A stretch of DNA of 64,000 nucleotides from Clostridiales bacterium. GTDB taxonomy: Bacteria > Bacillota > Clostridia > Saccharofermentanales > Saccharofermentanaceae. The translations under genes were made by a program, and so were the position numbers. Shown here piece by piece: positions 27,823 to 37,436 of this stretch. The notes beneath the pieces are model-generated. The model searched no databases and had not been told where the DNA came from. It saw only the letters and a list, made by a program, of their open reading frames with translations. The stretch lies in assembly GCA_017509205.1 (NCBI GenBank), contig JAFWQF010000080.1, forward strand, positions 21,136 to 85,135. Reading direction: 5' to 3'. The first letter of the stretch is position 1. Each line of letters opens with the position of its first letter.

Positions 27823-28368
27823 TTATATGTTCTTCAGGATGACGGAGTAATTTCCGTCATCTTTCATTTCCATCACCATGTAGGTCCTGGGAGAGCCGCC
27901 CCTCGGAAGTGAGATGCTGCCGGGATTTAATACCCTGATGCCGGCCTGGGCATAGGGATCTGCTTCTTTATAGCACTTGGAATAGGAGTCTACCGCGTCA
28001 CCCCAGTTGTCATAGGGCACGTGAGTGTGACCGAAAAGAGCAATGTCGCATTCGTTGGTCGCCGCCTCAATGCAAAGCCCCGTGAGGTCGTAATTCACGT
28101 ATTCATTGTGTCCGTGGCAGCAGTAGAATCTGTGGCCTTTGAGCGGGAAGACCGCCCTGTCTCTGAGTTCTTCCGAGCCTGAATATCTGTCGCAGTTGCC
28201 CTTTATGAAAACGCACGGGGTCTTGGGCGCGCCGGCCCACAAGGCGACTGTTCTTTCCGCGTCTTCTATGTCGCCTAAATGGATGAGCATGTCAGGCTTT
28301 TCGCGGTCTATCGCGATCTTCAGGTTGCCGTTCATGCGGTGCGAATCACTGACAATAAGTATCTTCAT
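27823..28368 (-). CDS. YfcE-family metallophosphoesterase
   Basis: Start moved to MKILIVSDSH; HLGD, KGNCD, HGH, FGHTH, LNPGS. Confidence 0.92.
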   Translation of the reverse strand: MKILIVSDSHRMNGNLKIAIDREKPDMLIHLGDIEDAERTVALWAGAPKTPCVFIKGNCDRYSGSEELRDRAVFPLKGHRFYCCHGHNEYVNYDLTGLCIEAATNECDIALFGHTHVPYDNWGDAVDSYSKCYKEADPYAQAGIRVLNPGSISLPRGGSPRTYMVMEMKDDGNYSVILKNI

Positions 28369-29435
28369 AAGAAATAGTAATCTACATCCCAGCCCGGAAT
28401 GCAAGGGGTATGGCGCATGAAGAGACGGTAGTCATCTCTTATCGCAAAGACTTTTTCGGGTATCTCGAAAAGATCCGCGCTCTTGTGATAGCACGCGATC
28501 TTCATCTGCGGCTTGAGGCTGGTGATGGTGTTCTTTGCGCCTTCGATGGCCTCAATCTCGCTGCCTTCCACATCGAACTTTATGAATCCCGCAATCTTAC
28601 TGTCTTCAAAAGAATCGACGGTGACTTTGGCAATCTCGCGGCCGGTATTTACAGCGGCAGCTCTCGTTCCTCTGCCTCTCGAGGCGGTGATCATGGCGGT
28701 GCCGCAGGTATCTGAAATGAGCGCGTTCACGCAGGTAACGGGGAGCGCAAGAGAGTCTGCACATTCAGTAAGCTTCTTATATGAATGGCGTTCGGGTTCG
28801 ACTGCCGTTGCAGAAGAAAACTCAGGGAACATATTAGTAAAGCGAAGGATCGTGTCGCCTCTGTAGGCGCCCAGATCGATGAACGAGCTTCCCTTTTCGA
28901 ACGGTCCCAGTATGCCGTCTGCTTCATCGGGCGTGACTTCGCAGTCACGCAGATATTCAAGACGGCCTGAAAGCTTGTAATTTACTAGATCCCTGAAGCA
29001 CTTTTTTGAAGTTTCGTCAGCGAGTCTTGAATAGACATCCGCGAGACGGTCTTCGTTTGCCTTTACGAATTCCATGTCAAAGACTTCGCCGCCGCAGACG
29101 GGAACGTCAGGCGCGTAGAGCTCGTGTTTTTCTTCTATGGAATATACATACGAGAGAACATCCGGAAGGGGAGAGCCGAATGCGACGAGAACAATGAAAT
29201 CTGAAAGACGGGATGAGACATTTTCAAAAGATTCAACATTAAAGCCTCTGAATACGCGGCCTTCCCTTACGAAGCCGGGGCTCGCGAAAATGCCTGAAAC
29301 AAGGTGTCCCAGAGAGCGCTTTTCGAGTTCGTCGATTATCTTGTCGGCACCGTCGCCGGTTCCGTAGATGACGAGAGGTCTTTGCTGTTCGTTAAGATAA
29401 GACCACAGATCTTTTGTTATTTCACAGAATTCCAT
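28365..29435 (-). CDS. FkbM-family SAM-dependent methyltransferase
   Basis: Start moved to MEFCEI (29435); FIDLGAYRGD, VEP, IKFDVEGSE, IACYH. Confidence 0.85.
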   Translation of the reverse strand: MEFCEITKDLWSYLNEQQRPLVIYGTGDGADKIIDELEKRSLGHLVSGIFASPGFVREGRVFRGFNVESFENVSSRLSDFIVLVAFGSPLPDVLSYVYSIEEKHELYAPDVPVCGGEVFDMEFVKANEDRLADVYSRLADETSKKCFRDLVNYKLSGRLEYLRDCEVTPDEADGILGPFEKGSSFIDLGAYRGDTILRFTNMFPEFSSATAVEPERHSYKKLTECADSLALPVTCVNALISDTCGTAMITASRGRGTRAAAVNTGREIAKVTVDSFEDSKIAGFIKFDVEGSEIEAIEGAKNTITSLKPQMKIACYHKSADLFEIPEKVFAIRDDYRLFMRHTPCIPGWDVDYYFL

Positions 29436-29498
29436 TGCATGAAATATACCATATCCTGAAGGCTTATCAGAGGAGTTTGCAAAATTCCTGAAACGGGG

Positions 29499-29526
29499 TG
29501 CAACATTTGCCGGTGCTATACTGTAT
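29499..29526 (+). promoter_or_regulatory. Putative ECF-sigma promoter upstream of the DUF4349 gene, TGCAAC-N16-CTGTAT
   Basis: TGCAACAtttgccggtgctataCTGTATttAG; third identically spaced copy. Confidence 0.65.
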
Positions 29527-29564
29527 TTAGTGTGTAAGCTCAATCACAAATGGAGGAATTAGAT

Positions 29565-30716
29565 ATGAAATCCAAGAAAATTGCATTGATAATCATTGCG
29601 GCGTTTACTTCGCTGTCTATGTTCGCGGGATGTGCAAAAGCTGCAGACACACAGGAAGCCAGGCAAACAGTTGCCGCATATTATGGAGAAGCCGAGAGCG
29701 CAGACAGTGACGGCGCGTGGGCCGATGAATCCAATATGGCAAAAGGAAAGGCAACCCTGGGAGTCAACTCGGGATCGCAATCAGCATCCAAGAGGACTAT
29801 CACCGCTGAAACAACTGCTGCAGCACCGGCTGAAGCAGGCACGGGAAATCAGGGCTCTAACCAGTCACAGTCGCAGACGAATGTCGATCCCGAAAAGGGA
29901 AGACTCCTTATCAGGACAGTTACGATGGCTGCAGAAACCAAGGAGTTCGAAAGCGCGCGCCAGTCTATTGAGGACAAGGTAAAGGAGCTCGGCGGCTACA
30001 TCGAGAATTCCGGCGTAAGCGGAACAGGCAAGACAGGAAGTCTCAGAAGAGCAAATTTCAGGATCAGGGTTCCCGCTGACAAACTCGACGAGCTTATCTC
30101 CACCGTAGGCTCAGGCTGCACGGTTACAAGCACAAGCGAGAGCACATCTGACGTTACTCTCAACTATGTTGACACAAAGGCAAAGCTCGAATCTCTCAGA
30201 GTTGAGCAGAAGCAGCTCACGGAACTCTTAAGCCAGGCCAAGGACCTTGATTCCATCATCGTTCTTCAGGACAGACTTACACAGATCAGATATCAGATCG
30301 AAAGCGCAGAGTCCACGCTCCGTGTTCTCGAGAACCAGGTTTCATACTCAACACTTACCCTCAACATCAGGGAAGTCATGGAGATCAAGCCTCAGGAAGA
30401 ACCTCATGTTGAGTCATACGGTGAGAAGGTCTCAAGAACATTCAAGGAATCACTCCATAACATCGGCGAGTTCTTCAAGGGTCTCTTCCTCGTACTCGTT
30501 GCAGTATCACCGGTAATCGTTCCCATGATCGTAATCACGGTAGTCGCACTTGTGATCGTACTCAGCGTAGTTAAGAAGAAGAGAAAGAAGAGAGCAGCTG
30601 AGATCGCTGAAAAGGAAGCTCAGTATCGCGCAAGGCTTCAGGCACAGGCAAATGCACAGGCTCCTGTACAGGCACAGCCCAAGACCGAAGAAAAGAAAGA
30701 CGAAGAGAAGAAGTAA
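29565..30716 (+). CDS. DUF4349-like lipoprotein with a C-terminal TM
   Basis: Lipobox FAGC; RLLIRTVTM, GGYIENS, RVPADKLD, DVTLNYVD, QVSYSTLTL; C-terminal TM. Confidence 0.8.
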   Translation: MKSKKIALIIIAAFTSLSMFAGCAKAADTQEARQTVAAYYGEAESADSDGAWADESNMAKGKATLGVNSGSQSASKRTITAETTAAAPAEAGTGNQGSNQSQSQTNVDPEKGRLLIRTVTMAAETKEFESARQSIEDKVKELGGYIENSGVSGTGKTGSLRRANFRIRVPADKLDELISTVGSGCTVTSTSESTSDVTLNYVDTKAKLESLRVEQKQLTELLSQAKDLDSIIVLQDRLTQIRYQIESAESTLRVLENQVSYSTLTLNIREVMEIKPQEEPHVESYGEKVSRTFKESLHNIGEFFKGLFLVLVAVSPVIVPMIVITVVALVIVLSVVKKKRKKRAAEIAEKEAQYRARLQAQANAQAPVQAQPKTEEKKDEEKK

Positions 30717-31415
30717 TCAGTTTTTGAAAAGCTTAACTGAATAATCACACTCGGCTGCGAAGCTCTCCCACTTCAAGGGATCTCCGCAGCCGATTTCATC
30801 ATAGACCGCGCAGGTCAGAAAACCGCCGTTTCTGGCACCTGATGCGGCAGCTGCCACGTCATCATAGACGAGCGTCTGGGAAGGTGTTATTGAACCGCCC
30901 ATGGCATTCACGTAATTCAGTACTTTTATGAAGATGTCCGGTGAAGATTTGTCGATCTTTTCACCGACGTCTTCGAGCGTAATGACCGCATCGAACATCT
31001 GAAGGATGTTGTTGCTGACAAGCGCTGAAACCGCGTTGTTTCTTGTAAGCGCAGTTGCAACGCCCAGCTTGAAGCCGAGCTTTTTCGCTTCTTCAAGATA
31101 GGGAAGAACGTTGGGTTTTAACTTAACCTCGTTCTTGTAAAAACCGATGACCATCTTGTCCCATTCGGCGATTATCTCTTCAGGAGACAAAGGTATCCTG
31201 TATCTCTGCTGTGTATAAGCGGCCGCTTTGTCTATCGAGGCGCGCTTTACGAAGTCGGTGTAATCAGGCGTTACCTCATATCCGTAACGGCCCAGAAAAT
31301 CTATGTCGACCTCGTTCCATACGTTCATGGAATCAAGGAGCGTGCCGTCCAGATCAAAGATCAGGAGCTTTACGCCTTTGGTCTTGAGTTCTTTGAGAGA
31401 AGGATAATCAGACAT
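30717..31415 (-). CDS. HAD-family hydrolase/phosphatase
   Basis: IFDLDGTLLDS, GVAT, KSSPDIF, VYDD. Confidence 0.9.
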   Translation of the reverse strand: MSDYPSLKELKTKGVKLLIFDLDGTLLDSMNVWNEVDIDFLGRYGYEVTPDYTDFVKRASIDKAAAYTQQRYRIPLSPEEIIAEWDKMVIGFYKNEVKLKPNVLPYLEEAKKLGFKLGVATALTRNNAVSALVSNNILQMFDAVITLEDVGEKIDKSSPDIFIKVLNYVNAMGGSITPSQTLVYDDVAAAASGARNGGFLTCAVYDEIGCGDPLKWESFAAECDYSVKLFKN

Positions 31416-32038
31416 CAGTGCATGAAATCGAGCTTGCCCTTAAGGTTTGCGAGGGCAGCCTCTTTCTTCTCCTGGAATGTCTTCTTGTTGTTCTCGATGA
31501 GATTGTTTCCGTATGAATCGATGGATACGATCAAAGGTCCGAACTTCTCGGCCTTGAGCTTCCACATTGCCTCAGGCATGCCGAGGTCGAGCCATTCAAC
31601 GCCTTCTACGTCAACGCATTCCTCAGCTGCGACTACGGCGCATCCGCCCGGGAAGATCGTATGGATCGCACAGTTGTCGATGCATCCCTGAGTCGTCTTG
31701 GGACCCATTCCGCCCTTGCCGATGATGATCTTCGCGCCCGTGGCCTTGAGGAATTCAGCCTGCGCCTTTTCCATTCTCATGGAAGTAGTGGGGCCTACGC
31801 TGATTACCTTGTACTTGTCGGGCTCACCCTCGGCAGAGATCTTTTTCATGATCGGGCCCGCGTGGAAGATGGCCTTGCCCTTGAGGTCAACGGGTGATTC
31901 CTTACCGCCTACGACGACCCTGATGTGTACGTCGTCACGGCCTGTGGTGATGTCGCCCGTGAGATAGATTACGTCGCCGATATGTACCTTCCTGATGTCT
32001 TCGTCAGACACGGGAGTTGTGAAATAGAATGTGCTCAT
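31415..32038 (-). CDS. ttdB: L(+)-tartrate dehydratase subunit beta (class I fumarase C-terminal family)
   Basis: GDVIYLTG, AIFHAGPI, SVGPTTSMRME, GPLIVSIDSYGNNL. Confidence 0.85.
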   Translation of the reverse strand: MSTFYFTTPVSDEDIRKVHIGDVIYLTGDITTGRDDVHIRVVVGGKESPVDLKGKAIFHAGPIMKKISAEGEPDKYKVISVGPTTSMRMEKAQAEFLKATGAKIIIGKGGMGPKTTQGCIDNCAIHTIFPGGCAVVAAEECVDVEGVEWLDLGMPEAMWKLKAEKFGPLIVSIDSYGNNLIENNKKTFQEKKEAALANLKGKLDFMH

Positions 32039-32937
32039 AAAGTGACTCCTTTGTGTGTGAAGAAATCATAGGTGAAGTCGGGATTGATCCTGATGCCGGC
32101 CCTTCTGTGAGCCCAGCATGCTGTCGAAAGTCCCATTGCAAGCGTAGCGGGATGTCTTGAAGCCTGTTCGATGTTAACGCCCATGACTGAGAGCTTTCCG
32201 CCGAATCCGCCGGGACCGAGGCCGATGGAGTTGAGGCCATCCTCGAAATCCTTTTCCATCTGTGCGGCCTTGGGATTCTCATTGTGTGATCCGACCGGGC
32301 GGAGCAGAGCCTTCTTGGAAAGCTTTGCTGCAACTTCAGCGGAGCCTGCGATGCCGATGCCTACGAGGCAGGGAGGGCAGGCATTTACGCCGTATGTGGT
32401 CATCTGGTCAAAGACTGCTTTTGCGATGCCGTCGTAACCTTCGATGGGCATGAGTACTTTAGCCATGCCGGGGAGTGAGCATCCTCCGCCTGCCATGTAG
32501 AAATACAGTTCGAGTTGGTCGCTCCCCTGAACGAGTTCCCAGTCGATCCAGGGTACCTTATGTCCAACGTTGTTTCCTGTGTTTACCTCATCGAAAACCT
32601 CGACTGCGTTGTGTCTTAAAGGTGCCCTTACGGTTGCCTTCTTGACTGCGTCAACGAGTGCAGGTTCGATTTCATCGAGGTAGGGGAACTTTGTTCCGAC
32701 TCTCGCGAAGAACTGGGGGATACCCGTATCCTGGCATGAAGGTCTGCCGAGCTTGTCAGCCATCTCCATGTTCTTTTTCATTACATCATATATCTCGGGA
32801 GCAAAGCCTTCGTTCTCGGTCTCGGCCATTTCGGAAAGCCTTTTGCGGACATCGTCCGGAAGGTGTCCCGCGGCATGGCAGATAAAAGAAGAGACGAGTT
32901 CTGAAAGGCGCTCTTCTGAAGCTTTATCGTATGACAT
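32035..32937 (-). CDS. ttdA: L(+)-tartrate dehydratase subunit alpha (class I fumarase N-terminal family)
   Basis: CQDTG, PLRHNAVE, YMAGGGCSLPG, NACPP, STACWAHRR. Confidence 0.85.
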   Translation of the reverse strand: MSYDKASEERLSELVSSFICHAAGHLPDDVRKRLSEMAETENEGFAPEIYDVMKKNMEMADKLGRPSCQDTGIPQFFARVGTKFPYLDEIEPALVDAVKKATVRAPLRHNAVEVFDEVNTGNNVGHKVPWIDWELVQGSDQLELYFYMAGGGCSLPGMAKVLMPIEGYDGIAKAVFDQMTTYGVNACPPCLVGIGIAGSAEVAAKLSKKALLRPVGSHNENPKAAQMEKDFEDGLNSIGLGPGGFGGKLSVMGVNIEQASRHPATLAMGLSTACWAHRRAGIRINPDFTYDFFTHKGVTL

Positions 32938-33078
32938 TGAGTTATCCTCCGTGGATTATTTCGTACCTATTATAGCAACAGCGGCAGGATGTTGTGGGGG
33001 TGTAATTCGTAAAAGAATTTTTCTATAATTAAATGTAACGAAAAGCGACTGCCTGATGACTAAGAGGGAGGTGACGTG

Positions 33079-33966
33079 ATGAAGAGCCTGCTTATGAAAA
33101 GAGCCGAATATGAGTGCGGTGTCTGGATCAAGAACTGCACTGCATCTGATGCGCCGCGTCTGGCTTCCGAAGTCTATCCCGCCGACGTAAAGATCGATGA
33201 GGACGTTAACTGGTCAGGCGATCCGCTTAATCTCACGCTCGATTATTACCGCCCGTTCAATGTCGAAAGTTCTAAGGAATGCTTCCTCCTGATACACGGC
33301 GGAGCATTTGTCTACGGAACTAAGGTCCTGGATAAATGTTTCGGCATGCATCTTGCAAGGAACTCCGGCATCCCCGTTGCCAACATGGATTACACGCTGA
33401 TGCCCAAGGCAGGTCTTTCAAAGATCCTATGCCAGATCTTCAGCTGCATGAATTTCCTGACCGCAAAATACGGAATAGAAAAATTCCATCTTACCGGTGA
33501 TTCCGCAGGCGGATATTTAGCGCTCCTTTCTGCTCTGGCGGCAAGGAACAGCCATATCGCACACGATCTCTGGATATTCGAAAAGCTTAAGGGACAGGTT
33601 GTCTCGACAAGCCCTGTATGCGGCGGTTTCAGGCAGCATCCCAAGGGTTTCCCGGGAATATTTTTCGAGGAGAATGCCACGGGCAGCTCAAAGGACAAAA
33701 AGAAACTTCCCGATTATGTTTACGATCTGACGAAGATCGCGGGACACGACACGGATCTGAAGGTCTGCCTCATAACAGGTGAGGATGATTTCCTTCGTGA
33801 AGACAACAGGGTAATGAAAGATTTCTTCAAAGAGCCTCTGTTCTACGATGCGCTCAATGAAGGCGAGCTTCACATGCACCATGTTTTCCCGATAGCGCAT
33901 CCCGAGTGGCCGCAGTCGCAGAAGGCGATACAGCTCATCTCGGATAATGCGACGAGAAGGCTCTGA
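33079..33966 (+). CDS. Alpha/beta hydrolase (HSL-like esterase)
   Basis: IHGGAF oxyanion motif, GDSAGG nucleophile, late HHVF. Confidence 0.88.
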   Translation: MKSLLMKRAEYECGVWIKNCTASDAPRLASEVYPADVKIDEDVNWSGDPLNLTLDYYRPFNVESSKECFLLIHGGAFVYGTKVLDKCFGMHLARNSGIPVANMDYTLMPKAGLSKILCQIFSCMNFLTAKYGIEKFHLTGDSAGGYLALLSALAARNSHIAHDLWIFEKLKGQVVSTSPVCGGFRQHPKGFPGIFFEENATGSSKDKKKLPDYVYDLTKIAGHDTDLKVCLITGEDDFLREDNRVMKDFFKEPLFYDALNEGELHMHHVFPIAHPEWPQSQKAIQLISDNATRRL

Positions 33967-33968
33967 TC

Positions 33969-34649
33969 TCAGGCCTTATTGGTCTTTGTCTTTACGTGAG
34001 TTTGGTCGTAAGTCTTGTTTATAAGCTTTGAGATTGGCTTATAAACAAAGAACGTTACAAAGCCTACAACTGTTCCTTTGATCAGATTGAAAGGCACGAA
34101 TACCGCAAGAAGAAGTGAAACAGTATCCTTTACGAGCGGATTTACCTTTGCGCTCATTGCAATGACCTGTTCGATCGGTAAGCTGAATGCCTTCGCATAG
34201 AAGGGAAGATTGATGAAATAGTTTACCGGAACGGATGCAGCAGAAAGAACGACAGTTGCAATTACCATTGAAATTGCAGCGCCCTTCTTTGTGCGGACTT
34301 TGCGGTAGATGAGTCCGGCAGTCAGAACGAATATTGAACCTGTCAGGAAGTTTGAAAGCTCGCCGACACCCATCGTTCCTGAAGCAGGGAGATGGAGAAG
34401 GTTCTTGATCAGTTCGATCACGACACCCCAGACAGGGCCCAGAGCGAATGTTCCGATCAGTACCGGGATCTCAGAGAAATCGAACTTGAGAAAATCCGGG
34501 AACGGCAGGAGCAGCAATGAAGGTGCTACCTCGAGATACATGAGAATGGCTGCCATTGCGGAAAGAATTGCACATGATGCAATGCGGCGGATCATGATCT
34601 TGCGCGCAACGCGGGAATCCGCCTTAACGGCTAACTGGGTTTCAGACAT
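33969..34649 (-). CDS. ribU: ECF transporter S component, riboflavin (RibU-like)
   Basis: FLKFDFSEIP, ELIKNLL, GVGELSNF, PFNLIKG; directly under an FMN riboswitch; start moved to MSETQ. Confidence 0.85.
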   Translation of the reverse strand: MSETQLAVKADSRVARKIMIRRIASCAILSAMAAILMYLEVAPSLLLLPFPDFLKFDFSEIPVLIGTFALGPVWGVVIELIKNLLHLPASGTMGVGELSNFLTGSIFVLTAGLIYRKVRTKKGAAISMVIATVVLSAASVPVNYFINLPFYAKAFSLPIEQVIAMSAKVNPLVKDTVSLLLAVFVPFNLIKGTVVGFVTFFVYKPISKLINKTYDQTHVKTKTNKA

Positions 34650-34660
34650 AGAAAATACAC

Positions 34661-34798
34661 TTCCTCTCATCCGGACTTTACCGTCGGCCGCAGAATCTCA
34701 CTGCGTCAATCCTGCATTCAAGTTAATTTACAGGACTTGCGGACTTCCCTACCCAAGGGTCACCGCCGGTCGGAGAATCGCACTCCGCCTTGGACGGC
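34661..34798 (-). ncRNA. FMN riboswitch (RFN element)
   Basis: Minus strand AGGCGGAGTGCGATTCTCCGACCGGCGGT...AGTCCGCAAG...GTGAGATTCTGCGGCCGACGGTAAAGTCCGGATGAGAGGA matches the RFN consensus; TTTACA-16-TATAAT promoter just upstream. Confidence 0.93.
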
Positions 34799-34838
34799 TT
34801 AATTATACGCTGAAGAAGTGGTTTGTAAAGAGCTTAGA

Positions 34839-36524
34839 TCAGTCTTCCTGAAATTCGTCTTTCGGCTTGTTGTAGAAGATCTTGTCAACGAACGCGAAGC
34901 ATACGAGCAGGCCGTGGCTGAAGAACTTGAAGCACTTGTAACCCAAAGCTCTTCCGGCAGCGGAATCCTGGCCTCCGTCAGGATTTTCGATGACAAGCCT
35001 GTCGAAATTCGTCTCCTTCATGTCACTGCCGAGGATGCTGCCGAGCGTGGAGTGCTCATCGTTCTCGATTATCGTGAATTCGAGCTTGCTGACCATGCCG
35101 CAGAATTCGCTCCAGGGCTGCGTCGAAAAAGACATGTGGACATCGGTTCCGGAGATCGCGGGTTCCCTTGTTATCGTGAACCTGACTCTGCCGTTGCCCA
35201 TTCTCTTGAGCTTGAGATTATAAACGCTGTCACTGTGATTGGAGACGAAGGACTCGATCGGGTCGGTCGCAAATTCGGTGAAGACGTCTCTCCAGCGGTC
35301 GAACGGATGCGCGTAATCGCGGTCCATGAGCAGGTCGACCCTGGCCTTTGCGAGCTCTTCGCGGATGGATGCCTGGACCTTTTTGTCGCCGTATTCATAG
35401 GCCTTTTCGATCCTCTTATTGATCGCGTAGTCAGCTTCGAGCATGACCGCATAACGCCTGATGCGCTGGTTCGGGAGTTCGGCAAGAGCCTTTCCCAGCC
35501 TTAACGCACAGTCGGCAAAGTCACAACCAAGGTCGCCGTTCTCGAAATAGAACTTGGTCTCGTCGTAGAGCTTGATGTAAGTCTGGAACGCGAGCGGCGG
35601 ATTGGGGAGTACGTACTGTCCCTTCATGAACATGTCCGCGATCTTGTATTTGGCCTCGACTATGTTGAAGTTGGAAGCGACCGAGAAATAGAAGAAGGCC
35701 TTCTCGTAATCGGGCTTTCCGTCGATCCTTCCGTAATAGTAGATGTATCCCAGGGTGTTTGCGGCATAGCCGAAACTGAACTTGCGCCAGAGAACTTCAA
35801 GGAGCTTTGCGGACAGGGCGAAGTCGCACTTGTAGACCGCGTTGCCTCCATAGCAGCCGTAAGCCTTGGCCTTGAGAGCCTCAAATACCTGCTTCTCGCA
35901 GAGGTCATCGGTGAACATCCTAAAGAGCGCCTTTATGTCATCGGGCGCGTCATTGAGCAGGAGGTTATTGTCCCAGTGATTGATGAAAGCCGTCTTCTGA
36001 GGGACGGTGTATCTTCTCTCGGTAACGGGAAGATCCTTGTCCTCGAGGAACAGGTCGATCATGTTTATCATGGAATCGAGATCCAAGTAGCGCGAAAGCG
36101 GAAGAGGCTTGTAGAGCTTCTTGTCGAGATCTGAATGAGCTATTACTGCGAGGATCGTGACCAGAACATCATCCTCGTTCATGGGCAGCGACGGAACTTC
36201 GATCGCGGTCATCGCATCGGGATCGGGTCCGAAAAGGTCGTCTAAGCACAGATTGTGGAAGAAATAGACGATCACCGGATACCACCAGTCGAAGATGAAG
36301 TCATCGAGCGGAACGTTGTCTTCTTCAAAATGGGTGAGGGCAGTCCTTAAGTCCTCGAGCTGCATCGGATAATCGACCTCGCACTGGACGTCGAATCCGT
36401 CAGTGGGGTATGCGTCGTCAGCGGTGCCGCCCACCAGCTCGAACCAGCCTATGTCATAGCGGCAGAAGTCTATAAGCTTCTGCTGGGTGACGAATATGTA
36501 AGGCTTGCTCTTGTTCTTGCTCAT
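34839..36524 (-). CDS. Sel1-like repeat protein
   Basis: AANTLGYIYYYG...DYEKAFFYF and EAKYKIADMFMKG; flanking regions not recognised. Confidence 0.75.
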   Translation of the reverse strand: MSKNKSKPYIFVTQQKLIDFCRYDIGWFELVGGTADDAYPTDGFDVQCEVDYPMQLEDLRTALTHFEEDNVPLDDFIFDWWYPVIVYFFHNLCLDDLFGPDPDAMTAIEVPSLPMNEDDVLVTILAVIAHSDLDKKLYKPLPLSRYLDLDSMINMIDLFLEDKDLPVTERRYTVPQKTAFINHWDNNLLLNDAPDDIKALFRMFTDDLCEKQVFEALKAKAYGCYGGNAVYKCDFALSAKLLEVLWRKFSFGYAANTLGYIYYYGRIDGKPDYEKAFFYFSVASNFNIVEAKYKIADMFMKGQYVLPNPPLAFQTYIKLYDETKFYFENGDLGCDFADCALRLGKALAELPNQRIRRYAVMLEADYAINKRIEKAYEYGDKKVQASIREELAKARVDLLMDRDYAHPFDRWRDVFTEFATDPIESFVSNHSDSVYNLKLKRMGNGRVRFTITREPAISGTDVHMSFSTQPWSEFCGMVSKLEFTIIENDEHSTLGSILGSDMKETNFDRLVIENPDGGQDSAAGRALGYKCFKFFSHGLLVCFAFVDKIFYNKPKDEFQED

Positions 36525-36707
36525 TTACCGCTATGTAAAGCAGAGATCTGCTTTCTCCTAAATAAATTATAGAGCGTATTTTAACATATGACACAGATGA
36601 TTGTCGGACAAGATTTCCGGCATATGTCGAAATGACTATTGTTTATTCGACCGGAACAATTTATAGTATTTACGCTTATTGCAAGAATAAAGTTCAGGAG
36701 AAAAGTC

Positions 36708-37436
36708 ATGCTGGAACTTCAGAATATATGCTTTCACGCCGATGACAAGGACATCCTCAAGAACATAAACCTTAAGATCGACGACAAGTTCGTCGCGATC
36801 ACCGGTCCCAACGGAAGCGGAAAATCAACACTTTTAAAGGTCATCATGGGCATAATCACGCCCACTTCGGGAAGGATCATCTTCGATGGCCAAGACATCA
36901 CCGACCTCCCGATCTACGAGCGCGCGAACATGGGCATCAGCTTTGCCTTCCAGACGCCCGTAAGATTTAAGGGCATCCGCGTAAGGGACATTCTCTCGAT
37001 CGCTGAAGGCAAAGAGGTCAAGATGGGAACCTATCTTAGGGCCGTAGGTCTTTGTCCCAAGGATTACTTAGACCGCGAGATCAATGACACGCTTTCGGGC
37101 GGTGAGATGAAGAGAATAGAGATCGCGACCGCTGCCGCAAGAGGCGGAAAGATGAGCCTTTTCGACGAGCCTGAGGCCGGAATCGACCTCTGGAGCTTCC
37201 AGAACCTCATCCAGGTCTTCGAAAACTTAAGAGACGTAACCAACGGCAACATCATGATCATCTCTCACCAGGAGAGGATCCTTGAGATCTCCGACAAGAT
37301 CATCTATCTCAAGGATGGCGTCGTCGACAGGTACGATGACAGCGCAAAGATCATGGAAGAACTCGGCATGACGCATCACGTCAACCGCAAGGGATGCCTG
37401 ATCGCCGGAGCACAGGGGGTACACTGCAATGGATGA
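36708..37436 (+). CDS. SufC-like ABC ATPase
   Basis: Start moved to ATG 36708; GPNGSGKST, LSGGEMKRIE, FDEPEAGID; overlaps the sufB/D-like gene. Confidence 0.85.
   Translation: MLELQNICFHADDKDILKNINLKIDDKFVAITGPNGSGKSTLLKVIMGIITPTSGRIIFDGQDITDLPIYERANMGISFAFQTPVRFKGIRVRDILSIAEGKEVKMGTYLRAVGLCPKDYLDREINDTLSGGEMKRIEIATAAARGGKMSLFDEPEAGIDLWSFQNLIQVFENLRDVTNGNIMIISHQERILEISDKIIYLKDGVVDRYDDSAKIMEELGMTHHVNRKGCLIAGAQGVHCNG

Noticed and set aside
28365-29543. Longer 392-aa start for the FkbM ORF
   Set aside because: The extension is non-conserved-looking and would cover the divergent gene's candidate promoter; 29435 preferred.
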